A DNA stretch of 56,791 bases from Acinetobacter phage HD01, in sequence record PQ437329.1. The stretch is one strand, 5' to 3'. The notes beneath the pieces were generated by a model, which did not search any database, had not been told where the DNA came from, and saw only the letters and a program-made list of their open reading frames with translations. How positions within the stretch are numbered: the stretch's first letter is position 1; every line of letters begins with the position of its first letter. Shown piece by piece: positions 46,566 to 55,713 of the stretch. The translations under genes and the position numbers were made by a program.

Positions 46566-46781
46566 ATGAAAATTGTTTTAGAACTACCAGTAAACGCCAT
46601 CAGCGAAGAACGTATTGAAGACTTACTTATGGATCAAGACTATGTAACTGTAGACAGCACTTATGAAGTTAAAGGTGATAAACTTGTAGCAACCTTTGAA
46701 CCACACTGGGAAGATACTGAGAATGTGGATTGGTTCATGTTTGTGCAGTATATAACAGATGTCTTATTACCTTACTTATAA
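46566..46781 (+). CDS. hypothetical acidic protein
   Basis: 71 aa, RBS AAGGAAGA. Confidence 0.4.
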   Translation: MKIVLELPVNAISEERIEDLLMDQDYVTVDSTYEVKGDKLVATFEPHWEDTENVDWFMFVQYITDVLLPYL

Positions 46782-46797
46782 TTTAAACGTCTAGTCC

Positions 46798-46825
46798 AAC
46801 CTCCTGCAAAGGAGGTTTTTTATTT
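46798..46825 (+). terminator. rho-independent terminator
   Basis: AACCTCC-TGCAAA-GGAGGTT followed by TTTTTTATTT. Confidence 0.7.
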
Positions 46826-46833
46826 GTGCTATA

Positions 46834-47395
46834 CTGCGAACCAATAGCTAGGTAGTAAGCGAAAGCCCAGGCCCTAGACTCCCCTGATAGTTGGGCAGGA
46901 GACCACAAAATAAACTATCCAATGCAACGGTGTAATTACCTTAGCCTTAAAGTGTAAAGCGTAAACAATGCGAAGGTGGCTTAATCCACTGAAGCCAAAG
47001 CAATGGTTGAACTGCACCGTTAGCAGGGAACCCAAAGCCACAATCAGGGTAACGTCGCTCTAACTTGCTTATTGTGCCGTTACTTTACAGGTAGCTTCCT
47101 TGAAGCTGGACATAAGTGGGAATCACAGTAATAAAAGCCTATGCTGCCCTGCTACCTGTAGACACCTTATTGAGTGTTCACCATATCCTTCAGGGTTTCT
47201 TGAGTGTCCGTCTAGTAAGGTGTATTAGACCAGTGCAGCGATCGCATTGTGCATAATGTGGTCAGGAAGATGCACCTTCCAAGCACTGGTCAACCTCGTA
47301 CACCTTAGCCAGTGAGGAAGTAGCCCACAGGGTAGCCCATTCTATCTTGTGCCTCATTGGACTAAGGTGTGCGCTGTAGTTCACCTTTTTATAGC
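46834..47395 (+). ncRNA. ORF-free structured region, candidate ncRNA or regulatory element
   Basis: About 560 nt with no credible ORF in a genome otherwise >90% coding, bracketed by two terminators. Contains nested inverted repeats (TACAGGTAGC...GCTACCTGTA around AGCTTC-CTTG-GAAGCT) and a recurring CACCTT motif. Confidence 0.3.
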
Positions 47396-47430
47396 CCTGT
47401 ACCGTTCCCCGACGTACAGGGTTCTTTTTC
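47396..47430 (+). terminator. rho-independent terminator / attenuator
   Basis: CCCTGTAC-CGTTCCCCGAC-GTACAGGG followed by TTCTTTTT, 20 nt before the next start. Confidence 0.6.
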
Positions 47431-47450
47431 ACAATAGCAAAGAGGTCTAT

Positions 47451-47723
47451 ATGACTGCTCAAAAGGTTTCACCTGAACAAATTGCTGCACTAATGAAGCG
47501 CGTAACTGTCACAACAGAGTACAGTGAAGCACCAACACCACACGTGACAGCTAAAGCCTGGCTAGATGGTTCTTTCCACTTAGCAACGGCGATTTCCAAA
47601 GCTGTAAACCCTGCTGAATTTCGCCGTGACTTAGGTGAAGAGTATTCTACTAAAGAAGCTTTAGATAAAGCAGAAGATAAACTTTGGGAGTTGGAAGGTT
47701 ACGTGTTGTTCCAACAGAAGTAA
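47451..47723 (+). CDS. hypothetical protein
   Basis: ATG at 47451 after AGAGG; 90 aa. Confidence 0.4.
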   Translation: MTAQKVSPEQIAALMKRVTVTTEYSEAPTPHVTAKAWLDGSFHLATAISKAVNPAEFRRDLGEEYSTKEALDKAEDKLWELEGYVLFQQK

Positions 47724-47794
47724 TCCAAAACAATAAGAACCCTAATTGGTGTAAACTGGTTAGGGTTAAATTTTAACTATCCAAAGGAAAGAGT

Positions 47795-48232
47795 ATGAGT
47801 ACACCACTATTCACGTTAAACCCTGCTGAAATGTTGCAGCAAACTATGCTGAAGCTGCTAGACATTAAATCTAAACTTGTTGAATATGAAAGACACGGTG
47901 AACTTGAACTAATAGATGACGCTAAGCAAATTGTATCTACATGTCTTTTAAACGGTACAGGTTTAGGATTCATCCGCGTTGTTGGTTTACTATACGGTTA
48001 TGGTAAAGACTTTGACACATTTACAACAACTGAGGGTTTTATTCCTTACGAACATTATTGTTCATTACTTGAAGAAGACTTAGCTACATATGAAATAGAT
48101 GAATGTTACTGTGATGTAATAAAGCAGTTATATTTCAAGGATGAAATGTCCTTTGTTAAGATATACAATGAACAAGACCATGCGTCCCTAGTGCTAACAA
48201 TTTACAACGACTTTAAAAAGGAAGGCTTATAA
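47795..48232 (+). CDS. hypothetical protein
   Basis: 145 aa, RBS AAAGGAAAGAG. Confidence 0.45.
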   Translation: MSTPLFTLNPAEMLQQTMLKLLDIKSKLVEYERHGELELIDDAKQIVSTCLLNGTGLGFIRVVGLLYGYGKDFDTFTTTEGFIPYEHYCSLLEEDLATYEIDECYCDVIKQLYFKDEMSFVKIYNEQDHASLVLTIYNDFKKEGL

Positions 48233-48591
48233 TGCAAAAGACACCTCAATTAATTGCACACTTAAACACGCTTGGCGTTGATGACGTTGAGCTGAAGAAT
48301 AACAATGTGGTTAAAATCCACTTTCAGCAAGGTGTAAGCCAAAAGACTTGGTCCAAGAAAGAACTAACCGATATTTGTAATGCGTTTATTGCAGGTATGG
48401 AAGCTTCTAATGTTGCCCAGCATCCATTTTTAGCTAAGGTTGAAGCTCAGCTTTTGGGAATGCAAGTTGAACCGAATCAACAAAGTGAGATGGAAAAGGT
48501 TGAACCTTCTAAAGAGAGAGTTGCTGACTTTTGGGGTACGGTTACATCTAAACCAGACCTTGAACCTGCACCAGTGGAGCGTCTAGGATGA
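48232..48591 (+). CDS. hypothetical protein
   Basis: 119 aa, TAATG coupling. Confidence 0.45.
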   Translation: MQKTPQLIAHLNTLGVDDVELKNNNVVKIHFQQGVSQKTWSKKELTDICNAFIAGMEASNVAQHPFLAKVEAQLLGMQVEPNQQSEMEKVEPSKERVADFWGTVTSKPDLEPAPVERLG

Positions 48592-48791
48592 GAAGTTTAC
48601 GTTCAAGCATGGCACTTGCTGCAATTGGGACAATAATTGCTGTAGAGGAAGGTCGTCCCAATACAGGTGGATTAGCAATTGTTGATGAATTGCATTCCTT
48701 GCGTGCAATTTACCGTCCGCGTTCACCTAAGAAGCAAAACAAAGTGAGCCAGGCGAAGCGACGCAAATACAAGCGTCAAGGACGGAAGTAA
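48588..48791 (+). CDS. hypothetical protein with basic C-terminal tail
   Basis: 67 aa, ends KRRKYKRQGRK. Confidence 0.35.
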   Translation: MRSLRSSMALAAIGTIIAVEEGRPNTGGLAIVDELHSLRAIYRPRSPKKQNKVSQAKRRKYKRQGRK

Positions 48792-48982
48792 TGTTTACAG
48801 GGGCAGATTACAAGCCAGTTAGCGGCTCAGTTAGTTGGTTTGACTATGTTTTAGATTGTTGGTGTTATAGCGACCCATCAGAAAGAACATATAGTTCAAG
48901 TCTAATGTTAGCAACCCATTATTGGAACGGTACAGATTTTGTACAATACGAGGACAATGAGGAAGATGGAACCAGTTCTTAA
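48791..48982 (+). CDS. hypothetical protein
   Basis: 63 aa, coupled. Confidence 0.3.
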   Translation: MFTGADYKPVSGSVSWFDYVLDCWCYSDPSERTYSSSLMLATHYWNGTDFVQYEDNEEDGTSS

Positions 48983-49337
48983 AATACCTGCTATTGGTGA
49001 GCAGTACGAACACCATTCCAAACGCTTGTACACGGTTCTAGCTATTGCTAACCGTGACAGCGATAAACCAGAATATCCAGTGTCTGTTCTTTATATGGGT
49101 ACTAATGGGAAACTATGGGTTAAGACCCTGCAACGTTTCCATGAAACAATGCGTTCAACTGGTACATACAACAACGGCGAAATGTTTGCACGTATGCAGC
49201 AGATTAAAGCAGCGTTTCTAGAGGGTTATGCAATGGCTAACGACCGCATGACTTGGGACGAATCAAAACCGTGTTGGTCTAGCCCCGAGGAAGCATGGGC
49301 AAACAGCGATGCACAAGAACCCTTTGAGGGATTGTAA
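48957..49337 (+). CDS. hypothetical protein (DUF1653-like?), start uncertain
   Basis: Candidate ATGs at 48957 and 48966; the tracked ORF starts at a TTG. YEHHSKRLYTVL...PEYPVSVLYMG pattern. Confidence 0.35.
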   Translation: MRKMEPVLKIPAIGEQYEHHSKRLYTVLAIANRDSDKPEYPVSVLYMGTNGKLWVKTLQRFHETMRSTGTYNNGEMFARMQQIKAAFLEGYAMANDRMTWDESKPCWSSPEEAWANSDAQEPFEGL

Positions 49338-49627
49338 TGTCTAAAGTAAAAGCTAAACAGGTTAAAGATGCTTTTGAAGAAGGCTTCCGAATGGCACGCC
49401 AGGAGCATGGGCGCTATCCGTCCGAAAAACAATGGGTGGACTCAGAAGAAGCTTGGGAGCAAAGTACCGCTGAATATTATCTAAGTAAAGAGGGTAAAAC
49501 ACAAGTTAAGACGGATGTGTTAATTAACCTTCTTAAGATTATTGTGTGGATTCAAGTTGCTCTTGTCTTAGTGGTGTTTCTACTGTTCAAGTACGTTATA
49601 CCAGTTTGTACGTTTAAACTTGCGTAA
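49337..49627 (+). CDS. hypothetical membrane-anchored protein
   Basis: 96 aa with a C-terminal TM helix (IIVWIQVALVLVVFLLF). Confidence 0.4.
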   Translation: MSKVKAKQVKDAFEEGFRMARQEHGRYPSEKQWVDSEEAWEQSTAEYYLSKEGKTQVKTDVLINLLKIIVWIQVALVLVVFLLFKYVIPVCTFKLA

Positions 49628-49633
49628 AATAAT

Positions 49634-49659
49634 AAAGCATCTTCGGATGCTTTATTTCT
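49634..49659 (+). terminator. rho-independent terminator
   Basis: AAAGCATC-TTCG-GATGCTTT followed by ATTTCT. Confidence 0.6.
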
Positions 49660-49733
49660 ATCTAATGTATTGTGTCTGTTTAAAAGTCTGTTATACTGCA
49701 CAAGTACACTAATTAACTCAATGAGAGTATTCT

Positions 49734-50024
49734 ATGAAAACCTTTAAAATGCCTGCTGTAAACCTTGCAACCCTAGACCCTAACTTCCATTATGTTGCAC
49801 ACCTTGCAAACAACCTTTCTTTAGACGTTGAATCTGTAACTAAAGACGAACACCGTCCATTCTATAACGTCACCTTTTCAACTGGGGAAACCTATTCTTA
49901 CAATGCTGAAGGTGTAAACCAGTTCTGTCCTGAGCGCAATATCTTACGTTTAGTTCCAGTGATGCAAAAGCAACGTACTTGGAAACAAATCTTCTCTAAA
50001 ATGTTCACAGGTGCTACAGCATGA
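49734..50024 (+). CDS. hypothetical protein
   Basis: 96 aa. Confidence 0.4.
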   Translation: MKTFKMPAVNLATLDPNFHYVAHLANNLSLDVESVTKDEHRPFYNVTFSTGETYSYNAEGVNQFCPERNILRLVPVMQKQRTWKQIFSKMFTGATA

Positions 50025-50566
50025 AAACTATTAAAACAGCTCATATTGACCTAGCGTCTTTAGACCCTGTAGCTGATCGCGTACAGGTGCATCTTGCTAA
50101 TGGGTGGACTGGGGACTTACGTTCTGTAAGCTATGACAACAACCTGCAAGAGTTTACGTTGGATATGTCTGGTTTTGTGCAGAAGTACAATCGCGGTGGA
50201 ATACACCGGAATCACCCTTTCTTAAATGTGGTTAGTTTAACTATTGAGGTGCAGGACACACCTGCTGTCAAGCCTGGGCTTTGGGCTCAGCTTTGTGCGC
50301 GTGTTGGTCGTTGCATTAGTATTCCTATTGACTTTAGTGGGGAAAAGCAAGGGGGTCTTGTTCCTAAAGACTTTTCGTGTGAAGGATTGGTACAGCGCGG
50401 GCGTGATTTGCAGAAAGCTGAAGCTGAGCGTTTAGGTATTAAGGTTGAGCTGAATGTTCCACCTGTTCCATATTGCGGACTAATGAACCCTGAAGCATTT
50501 GCAATATTAAAAGTGTGCGACCAAAAGGACAAGGGTGCTCCGTGGGAGGACAATAATGACAAGTGA
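50021..50566 (+). CDS. hypothetical protein
   Basis: 181 aa, ATGA coupling. N-terminus is similar in style to the preceding gene (both begin MKTxK...ASLDP), suggesting tandem paralogues. Confidence 0.4.
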   Translation: MKTIKTAHIDLASLDPVADRVQVHLANGWTGDLRSVSYDNNLQEFTLDMSGFVQKYNRGGIHRNHPFLNVVSLTIEVQDTPAVKPGLWAQLCARVGRCISIPIDFSGEKQGGLVPKDFSCEGLVQRGRDLQKAEAERLGIKVELNVPPVPYCGLMNPEAFAILKVCDQKDKGAPWEDNNDK

Positions 50567-50843
50567 CTTCTACAGCTTTATGCACAACCAAAGTTTCACG
50601 CATTTCCAAGAATGGTTGCGTGAAGTACCAAACGTTGACCGACTGGAAAAGCTCAAGACCGATAAACACGGTCACCAGTTGTACGCTATGTTCTACCAAC
50701 GCGAAAAGCGCGGTCTTATCCGCATTCCTAGCAACTTGGTAGAAACACACGAGCAGAAACTTATTGACCAAGTTAAGGCTCAATTTAGCCACATGAACAA
50801 AGTTCGCATTTCTGTAGGCACACGGCGAACAAAGGAGGTTTAA
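50556..50843 (+). CDS. hypothetical protein
   Basis: ATG at 50556 after GGGAGGACAATA. Confidence 0.4.
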   Translation: MTSDFYSFMHNQSFTHFQEWLREVPNVDRLEKLKTDKHGHQLYAMFYQREKRGLIRIPSNLVETHEQKLIDQVKAQFSHMNKVRISVGTRRTKEV

Positions 50844-51199
50844 TGAGTCATTCCATTACAAAGAAAATGGAACACTTATACTTCCCTATTAACTGGAACG
50901 CTCAACTGGTCAACAGTCGGGCGTTAGGTTATCTAATAGGTCGGTATCATCCAAGGCTTTGCATACAGTTGCAAGCTATGTTCCATAACCGTTTAAACCT
51001 TGTTTATCACCAACACCGCTACATTGTAGAGGGTGCGCGTAAGCAATGGTCTGTTCCCTGCTACATGCTAACCAAAGAACAGGTGATTAAATACCTTGCA
51101 AAGTACCGCAACCCATACCAAGCAACCGTTCTAAAACAATTAGAAGACGGTGTTAGTTATAATAATGTAATTATCCATCACGCAAGGTATATTGTATGA
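50843..51199 (+). CDS. hypothetical protein
   Basis: 118 aa, TAATG coupling. Confidence 0.4.
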   Translation: MSHSITKKMEHLYFPINWNAQLVNSRALGYLIGRYHPRLCIQLQAMFHNRLNLVYHQHRYIVEGARKQWSVPCYMLTKEQVIKYLAKYRNPYQATVLKQLEDGVSYNNVIIHHARYIV

Positions 51200-51762
51200 G
51201 TGCAAAGAATTATCAAAAGGTTGTAAATATTGGGTATTCTGTACAAGAACGTCCCAACGGTAGAATTGAAGATCTTGAAGATTTAAGCTTTATTAAGGAT
51301 TCGCATTTTAATAAAGTTAATCCTATTTTTTACTGTGCTAATAAATCCTGGCTAGTTGGTTTCCTTAATGGTAAAGATAAAGTTCTTGGGGTGTTTTGCA
51401 AAACTGAGGAACAAGCTGAAAGGGTGCGTAAGTTTGCGCTCACTATCCTAGATTATATGGAGTTTCAAGAAGAGCAAAATAAAGCAGCTGAAAACGAACT
51501 AAATGTAGAAACTAACTACATGTCTATTATGATGTCTAGCGGTTACAACCTTGTACAGGAGCTTAATTATTTTTTAATTAAGAATCCTATATGGCACTGG
51601 GTGAAGTACGTTGCTGAAACTACACAGCGCGATGACTCAGGTGACACCTATTATAGAGTTATACTAAATAGACTTATCAGCGAACAAGAATTGGAGCATT
51701 TTAAACGTGTTATACTAAGCACTGGTTTAGACTGTCACATTTATGGAGAACGCTATGACTAA
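51196..51762 (+). CDS. hypothetical protein
   Basis: 188 aa. Confidence 0.4.
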   Translation: MSAKNYQKVVNIGYSVQERPNGRIEDLEDLSFIKDSHFNKVNPIFYCANKSWLVGFLNGKDKVLGVFCKTEEQAERVRKFALTILDYMEFQEEQNKAAENELNVETNYMSIMMSSGYNLVQELNYFLIKNPIWHWVKYVAETTQRDDSGDTYYRVILNRLISEQELEHFKRVILSTGLDCHIYGERYD

Positions 51763-52084
51763 GCTCAAAGCACCTGCAATGAAAAATTATATTAATATTC
51801 GTGCAGGTTATGAAAATCAACTGCTCCCTGTAGTAGTTTCTGACGTACCTATGGAGGAAAGTGGCTTGCTACCTGTGCCAGACGGTGCGCAATTATTAGT
51901 TCTATGGAAACATGGGGACTATGTGTTTTATAAAGATTCGCAAGGGTATTTTCCAGGCGATGCGGAATGGGATTGGCGCCACAGCAGCGAGAACGTTGAT
52001 AGCTTGCGTGCAGGTGCTCACGCAAATGCGCGTATTGTATGGGACATTGCAAATGACAGTAATAGGCTTAATCTTAGCTCTTAA
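51755..52084 (+). CDS. hypothetical protein
   Basis: ATG at 51755 after GGAGAACGCT. Confidence 0.4.
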   Translation: MTKLKAPAMKNYINIRAGYENQLLPVVVSDVPMEESGLLPVPDGAQLLVLWKHGDYVFYKDSQGYFPGDAEWDWRHSSENVDSLRAGAHANARIVWDIANDSNRLNLSS

Positions 52085-52194
52085 TAAGCCAAACCCCGAC
52101 AATTGTAAACACAATAAAGGGTTTCACATAATGACAGACGCGGACGGTCTAGTTACTGTTCGCCGTTGTAAACGCTGCGGAAAGGATTGTAGAA

Positions 52195-52395
52195 ATGAAC
52201 TTCGTTGAAGTTTCAATTAATATTTGTGTCTCCCTGTTAGCTGCTGTTATTTTTGGCGGATTGGTTGCAGCAGTTATAACTTTGCTGTTTAAACCATCGG
52301 CAGACGTTGTACCTGCAATCTTGATTATTTGCATGGTGCTGACGTTTGTTGTAACAATGTGGTTATTGTACCTTGAAGATATATCTAATACATAG
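52195..52395 (+). CDS. small membrane protein (two TM helices)
   Basis: 66 aa, strongly hydrophobic. Confidence 0.4.
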   Translation: MNFVEVSINICVSLLAAVIFGGLVAAVITLLFKPSADVVPAILIICMVLTFVVTMWLLYLEDISNT

Positions 52396-52416
52396 ATGTT
52401 AAAAAGCTGCTATATT

Positions 52417-52443
52417 AAGACCGTTCATACGGTCTTTTTATTT
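52417..52443 (+). terminator. rho-independent terminator
   Basis: AAGACCG-TTCATA-CGGTCTT followed by TTTTATTT. Confidence 0.65.
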
Positions 52444-52453
52444 AGGTGGAACT

Positions 52454-52546
52454 ATGGCTAAGTCAACAATCTACGGTTTAACATATTTAGCGATTTTATT
52501 TATTGCTTCAATTTTCTGTTTAATTAAAGAAGGTGTTTTATTATGA
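52454..52546 (+). CDS. 30-aa hydrophobic peptide (unlisted micro-ORF)
   Basis: MAKSTIYGLTYLAILFIASIFCLIKEGVLL. Stop overlaps the next start (ATGA at 52543). Confidence 0.35.
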   Translation: MAKSTIYGLTYLAILFIASIFCLIKEGVLL

Positions 52547-52767
52547 TACACGGTGTAACGGTAAAGGTAGAAAATCTATCTAAAGAGCCTGTAACAATGC
52601 CCGAGCTAGCGCGTGCATTACACGGTTTCCCATACAAGTTCATTTCCCCAATGGCTCACCAGTTTTATATTGAATTTGAAGTGGTGCAGGTAGACGATGT
52701 TGAGCTTACAGACTACTTAACCACAAAAGGGATTATAATCTCCAGTCTGGTTCCTTCAGTTTTATAA
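52543..52767 (+). CDS. hypothetical protein
   Basis: 74 aa. Confidence 0.4.
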   Translation: MIHGVTVKVENLSKEPVTMPELARALHGFPYKFISPMAHQFYIEFEVVQVDDVELTDYLTTKGIIISSLVPSVL

Positions 52768-52802
52768 CCTGCTATACTTAGCGAAATTTTAAGGAGACTA
52801 TT

Positions 52803-53099
52803 ATGTCTGAAGTTGTACGTCATTTCCCTTTAACCCAAGAGCAAGAACGCTCATTGCGTGCTTTACGCGATAGCGCACGGATGTCAATTACTGAGCAAGT
52901 TACACCAGTTGCAACCTATAGCCCTAATGCTTACGCTGAGCAGGCTGAGAAGCGTGGAAAGCTTGTTGGTCAGAATACTTTACGTTTTGTAATTCAACAT
53001 GTGGTACATAAGCAAACAGGTCTTAAACACTGGTTTGACTTTAAGCAGTACATGGCTTTAGACCAATTAATCTTAAATAAACGTTTAGGAGCTTACTAA
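52803..53099 (+). CDS. hypothetical protein
   Basis: 98 aa, RBS AAGGAGA. Confidence 0.45.
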   Translation: MSEVVRHFPLTQEQERSLRALRDSARMSITEQVTPVATYSPNAYAEQAEKRGKLVGQNTLRFVIQHVVHKQTGLKHWFDFKQYMALDQLILNKRLGAY

Positions 53100-53455
53100 T
53101 GAAAGCTCCTGACAAATATGTGGAACGTAATCGTGAAGAGCTGCTTCAACGGAGCTTGCTTGGTGTGAGCAAGTACGGTACAACAATTGAAAATTCCCCT
53201 CAGCGTTCACCTGAGTGGGCACAGCACGCAATTGAAGAAGCGTTAGACCTTGCTAACTACCTTCAGGCGTTAAAAGACCAATGTAGTCTAGACCATGATA
53301 GCTTTATTGCTTTGGAAGGGTTCTTGGTTGCATTGCGTCGTGACTTTGGTAACTTGTCCGTTACAACTGAGCAAGGTGTTTTCACTGGGTTAGATGAAGC
53401 AATCCAGCTTGTAAGCTTGCGTATTAATAAGAGGTACACTGGTGATTCTAATTAG
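53099..53455 (+). CDS. hypothetical protein
   Basis: 118 aa, TAATG coupling. Confidence 0.4.
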   Translation: MKAPDKYVERNREELLQRSLLGVSKYGTTIENSPQRSPEWAQHAIEEALDLANYLQALKDQCSLDHDSFIALEGFLVALRRDFGNLSVTTEQGVFTGLDEAIQLVSLRINKRYTGDSN

Positions 53456-53509
53456 TTTGTGGATAGGTTTTAACCTAGCTTTATATCGTTACAAAATGGG
53501 GTCATTCTG

Positions 53510-53800
53510 ATGGGTAAAATTATCGGGCATTTTGCTTTAGCGTTACAGGGGTTCTGCAAAGTCAAGGCTCCTAATAACTGTGCATTTCTAAGCGTTGCAC
53601 AACACGCGAGCGGTGATAACGTTGTCTACACTTGGTTAAATTCAGAACACAATGAGTCTGCAATTGTTGAATATAACTTCTATTGTGCGTTCACTGGTGA
53701 ACAATTACCTGAGCAGGTTCGTAACGTTGCGCAATATATTGGAACTATCCAACGTAAAGACGGTCTTGTTGTTCATGTGTTCCAGTTGGAGAAGTTTTAA
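53510..53800 (+). CDS. hypothetical protein
   Basis: 96 aa. Confidence 0.4.
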   Translation: MGKIIGHFALALQGFCKVKAPNNCAFLSVAQHASGDNVVYTWLNSEHNESAIVEYNFYCAFTGEQLPEQVRNVAQYIGTIQRKDGLVVHVFQLEKF

Positions 53801-54243
53801 TGGGCATTAATATACGACAAAAGGGTGCAACTGGAGAGCGTCAGGTAGCTGACGCTCTCAACTTAATTGCTAACCGTGTGTTAACTAAACACGGACGCCC
53901 ATTACCATTGAAACCTCTTGTACAACGTAACCAAAATCAATCAGCGGTTGGTGGAAGCGACTTAACTAATCCTTTCGGGTTATGTATTGAAGTTAAACGT
54001 CAGGAAAACCTGTCCATTAATACATGGTGGAAGCAATGCTTACAAGCTAAGTTGGAGTTTGGTGGTTTACCTATTCTAATCTTTAAGCAGAACCGTGAGA
54101 AATGGCGTGTTATAATGATGTTGCATTGTCCAATAGTTGACGCACCTTACAGAGCTGAAATGAATTGGGAAGACTTCCAGGATTGGGCAGAGCGTTACCT
54201 AACTATTAACTTCTTAAAAGGAGCATGGGATAATGTCGCTTAA
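53800..54243 (+). CDS. Holliday-junction resolvase, Hjc-like PD-(D/E)XK nuclease
   Basis: KGATGERQVADAL....GGSDLT....CIEVKRQE matches the Hjc pattern KGxxxERxLxxxL...D...iEVK. Confidence 0.45.
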   Translation: MGINIRQKGATGERQVADALNLIANRVLTKHGRPLPLKPLVQRNQNQSAVGGSDLTNPFGLCIEVKRQENLSINTWWKQCLQAKLEFGGLPILIFKQNREKWRVIMMLHCPIVDAPYRAEMNWEDFQDWAERYLTINFLKGAWDNVA

Positions 54244-54484
54244 TGAAGAGAACTTCCAACGCTTAATGGAAACAGCTAAAAACAACATTCAACTTGAAGC
54301 TAAGTTGCGTGACAAGCGAACCGAGCTTTGTTTAGCTGCTACCCTACCAAAACCAGACGCTAAGGTTATGGATAAACTTCGCCGAGAGTGCCACGACCTA
54401 TTAGACCTTATTTTGGATAACGAAACCTCTATGGTTGCTAATGTGGTTAAGGACGAGTTAAAGAACCTTAACAATAAAGAGTAG
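54233..54484 (+). CDS. hypothetical coiled-coil protein
   Basis: 83 aa. Confidence 0.35.
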   Translation: MSLNEENFQRLMETAKNNIQLEAKLRDKRTELCLAATLPKPDAKVMDKLRRECHDLLDLILDNETSMVANVVKDELKNLNNKE

Positions 54485-54543
54485 TCTAACTTCAAGTCTG
54501 AAAAATCGGTTATTATATTTACAGCATCCAACTAAGACAACAG

Positions 54544-54564
54544 GGAGCAAAAGCTCCCTTTTTA
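54544..54564 (+). terminator. rho-independent terminator
   Basis: GGGAGC-AAAA-GCTCCC followed by TTTTT. Confidence 0.7.
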
Positions 54565-54578
54565 ATGAGGGTTTAAAA

Positions 54579-54830
54579 ATGTCTAGTTCCACAGTAATTG
54601 GCTTGCACATAATCAAGCACTCTTTTAACAATCACAGGGGTCCACAGTGTGAATTTATAATTCGACTGGACAACTTAACCTTAACCACAATGAACACCGT
54701 AGATGAATCTATTTCAATTCCTGAATGTGCAACTCGCGTCGATGAGTATGTACGAAACCTTAAACGTAAATTAAATTTGTTTGTAGCTGTAGAGGTTAGC
54801 CGTGAAAATATCGTAAAGGTAGCAGGGTAA
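54579..54830 (+). CDS. hypothetical protein
   Basis: 83 aa. Confidence 0.35.
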   Translation: MSSSTVIGLHIIKHSFNNHRGPQCEFIIRLDNLTLTTMNTVDESISIPECATRVDEYVRNLKRKLNLFVAVEVSRENIVKVAG

Positions 54831-54993
54831 ATCTGCGCTGCCTGCTGCTTTAGTTGTAAAATAGTGCTTAGCTACCATAAAAATAAATAAACGCTGTAAA
54901 CGCAACACAGCGCAAAATAAACCTAGTTCATGTAACCGTTATTGTCCCATTTAAAACCCCTGTGTTATGGTAGCGAAAAACAGGGGTTATATT

Positions 54994-55701
54994 ATGTCCA
55001 ACTTACCTAAAGACCAAGTGAAAGCTGAACAGCAGAAACTTCTAGAACTTGGTTACTACAACGGTGAAATTGACGGTAAATGGGGTCGAGAGTCCAAGGC
55101 TGCTTTAGACGCTTACGAACAAGACCTTATCCTTATTTCTAAACTTTATGTCCCATCGGGTTCGGTTCTTGTTCCTGAAGATGCTATTGCATGGGGTAAG
55201 AAAGTAAGCGCAACTTTTAAAGCTCGTGTTAAATGGATTGCAGAAGCTCTAGAGATGCCTAAAGAAGGTCCAAACTGGTTAATGGCTTGCATGGCTTGGG
55301 AGTCAGCTGAAACATTTAGCTCCGACATTAAAAATGCAGCAGGTTCAGGGGCAACTGGTTTAATTCAATTTATGCCTACAACTGCCCTATCCTTAGGGAC
55401 TACAACTGCAAAGCTTGCACTTCTTACACCAGAAGACCAGTTAAACTATGTCTACAAATACTTTGCACCGCGTAAAGGCAAGCTCAACACCCTGTCGGAC
55501 GTGTATATGGCAATTCTTTGGCCTGCTGCAATTGGTAAAGCTGAAGACTCTATATTGTGGTCAAAGGACAAGCGTCCAACAACGTACCGCCAAAATAGCG
55601 GTTTAGACATTAACAAAGACGGTTTAATCACTAAGGCTGAAGCTGCTAAAAAGGTTCAGGAGAAATTAACAAAAGGTTTAACCGAAGCTTACTTTGGTTA
55701 A
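54994..55701 (+). CDS. endolysin: PG-binding domain + SLT-type lytic transglycosylase-like domain
   Basis: ATG at 54994. N-terminal LGYYNGEIDGKWGRESKAALDAY is a PG_binding_1-like repeat. C-terminal AWESAETF....GLIQFMP fits the E-S...GLMQ signature of lytic transglycosylases. Immediately upstream of the holin. Confidence 0.55.
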   Translation: MSNLPKDQVKAEQQKLLELGYYNGEIDGKWGRESKAALDAYEQDLILISKLYVPSGSVLVPEDAIAWGKKVSATFKARVKWIAEALEMPKEGPNWLMACMAWESAETFSSDIKNAAGSGATGLIQFMPTTALSLGTTTAKLALLTPEDQLNYVYKYFAPRKGKLNTLSDVYMAILWPAAIGKAEDSILWSKDKRPTTYRQNSGLDINKDGLITKAEAAKKVQEKLTKGLTEAYFG

Positions 55702-55713
55702 TAGGGGGATAAA

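Noticed and set aside
46834-47395. Possible tRNA or group I intron in the ORF-free region
   Set aside because: No GTTCGAATC-type T-loop or cloverleaf found by eye. No flanking split gene halves and no homing endonuclease ORF. Kept only as a generic ncRNA candidate.
47262-47462. 66-aa minus-strand ORF in the ORF-free region
   Set aside because: Runs through the terminator hairpin at 47396-47430 and has no RBS.
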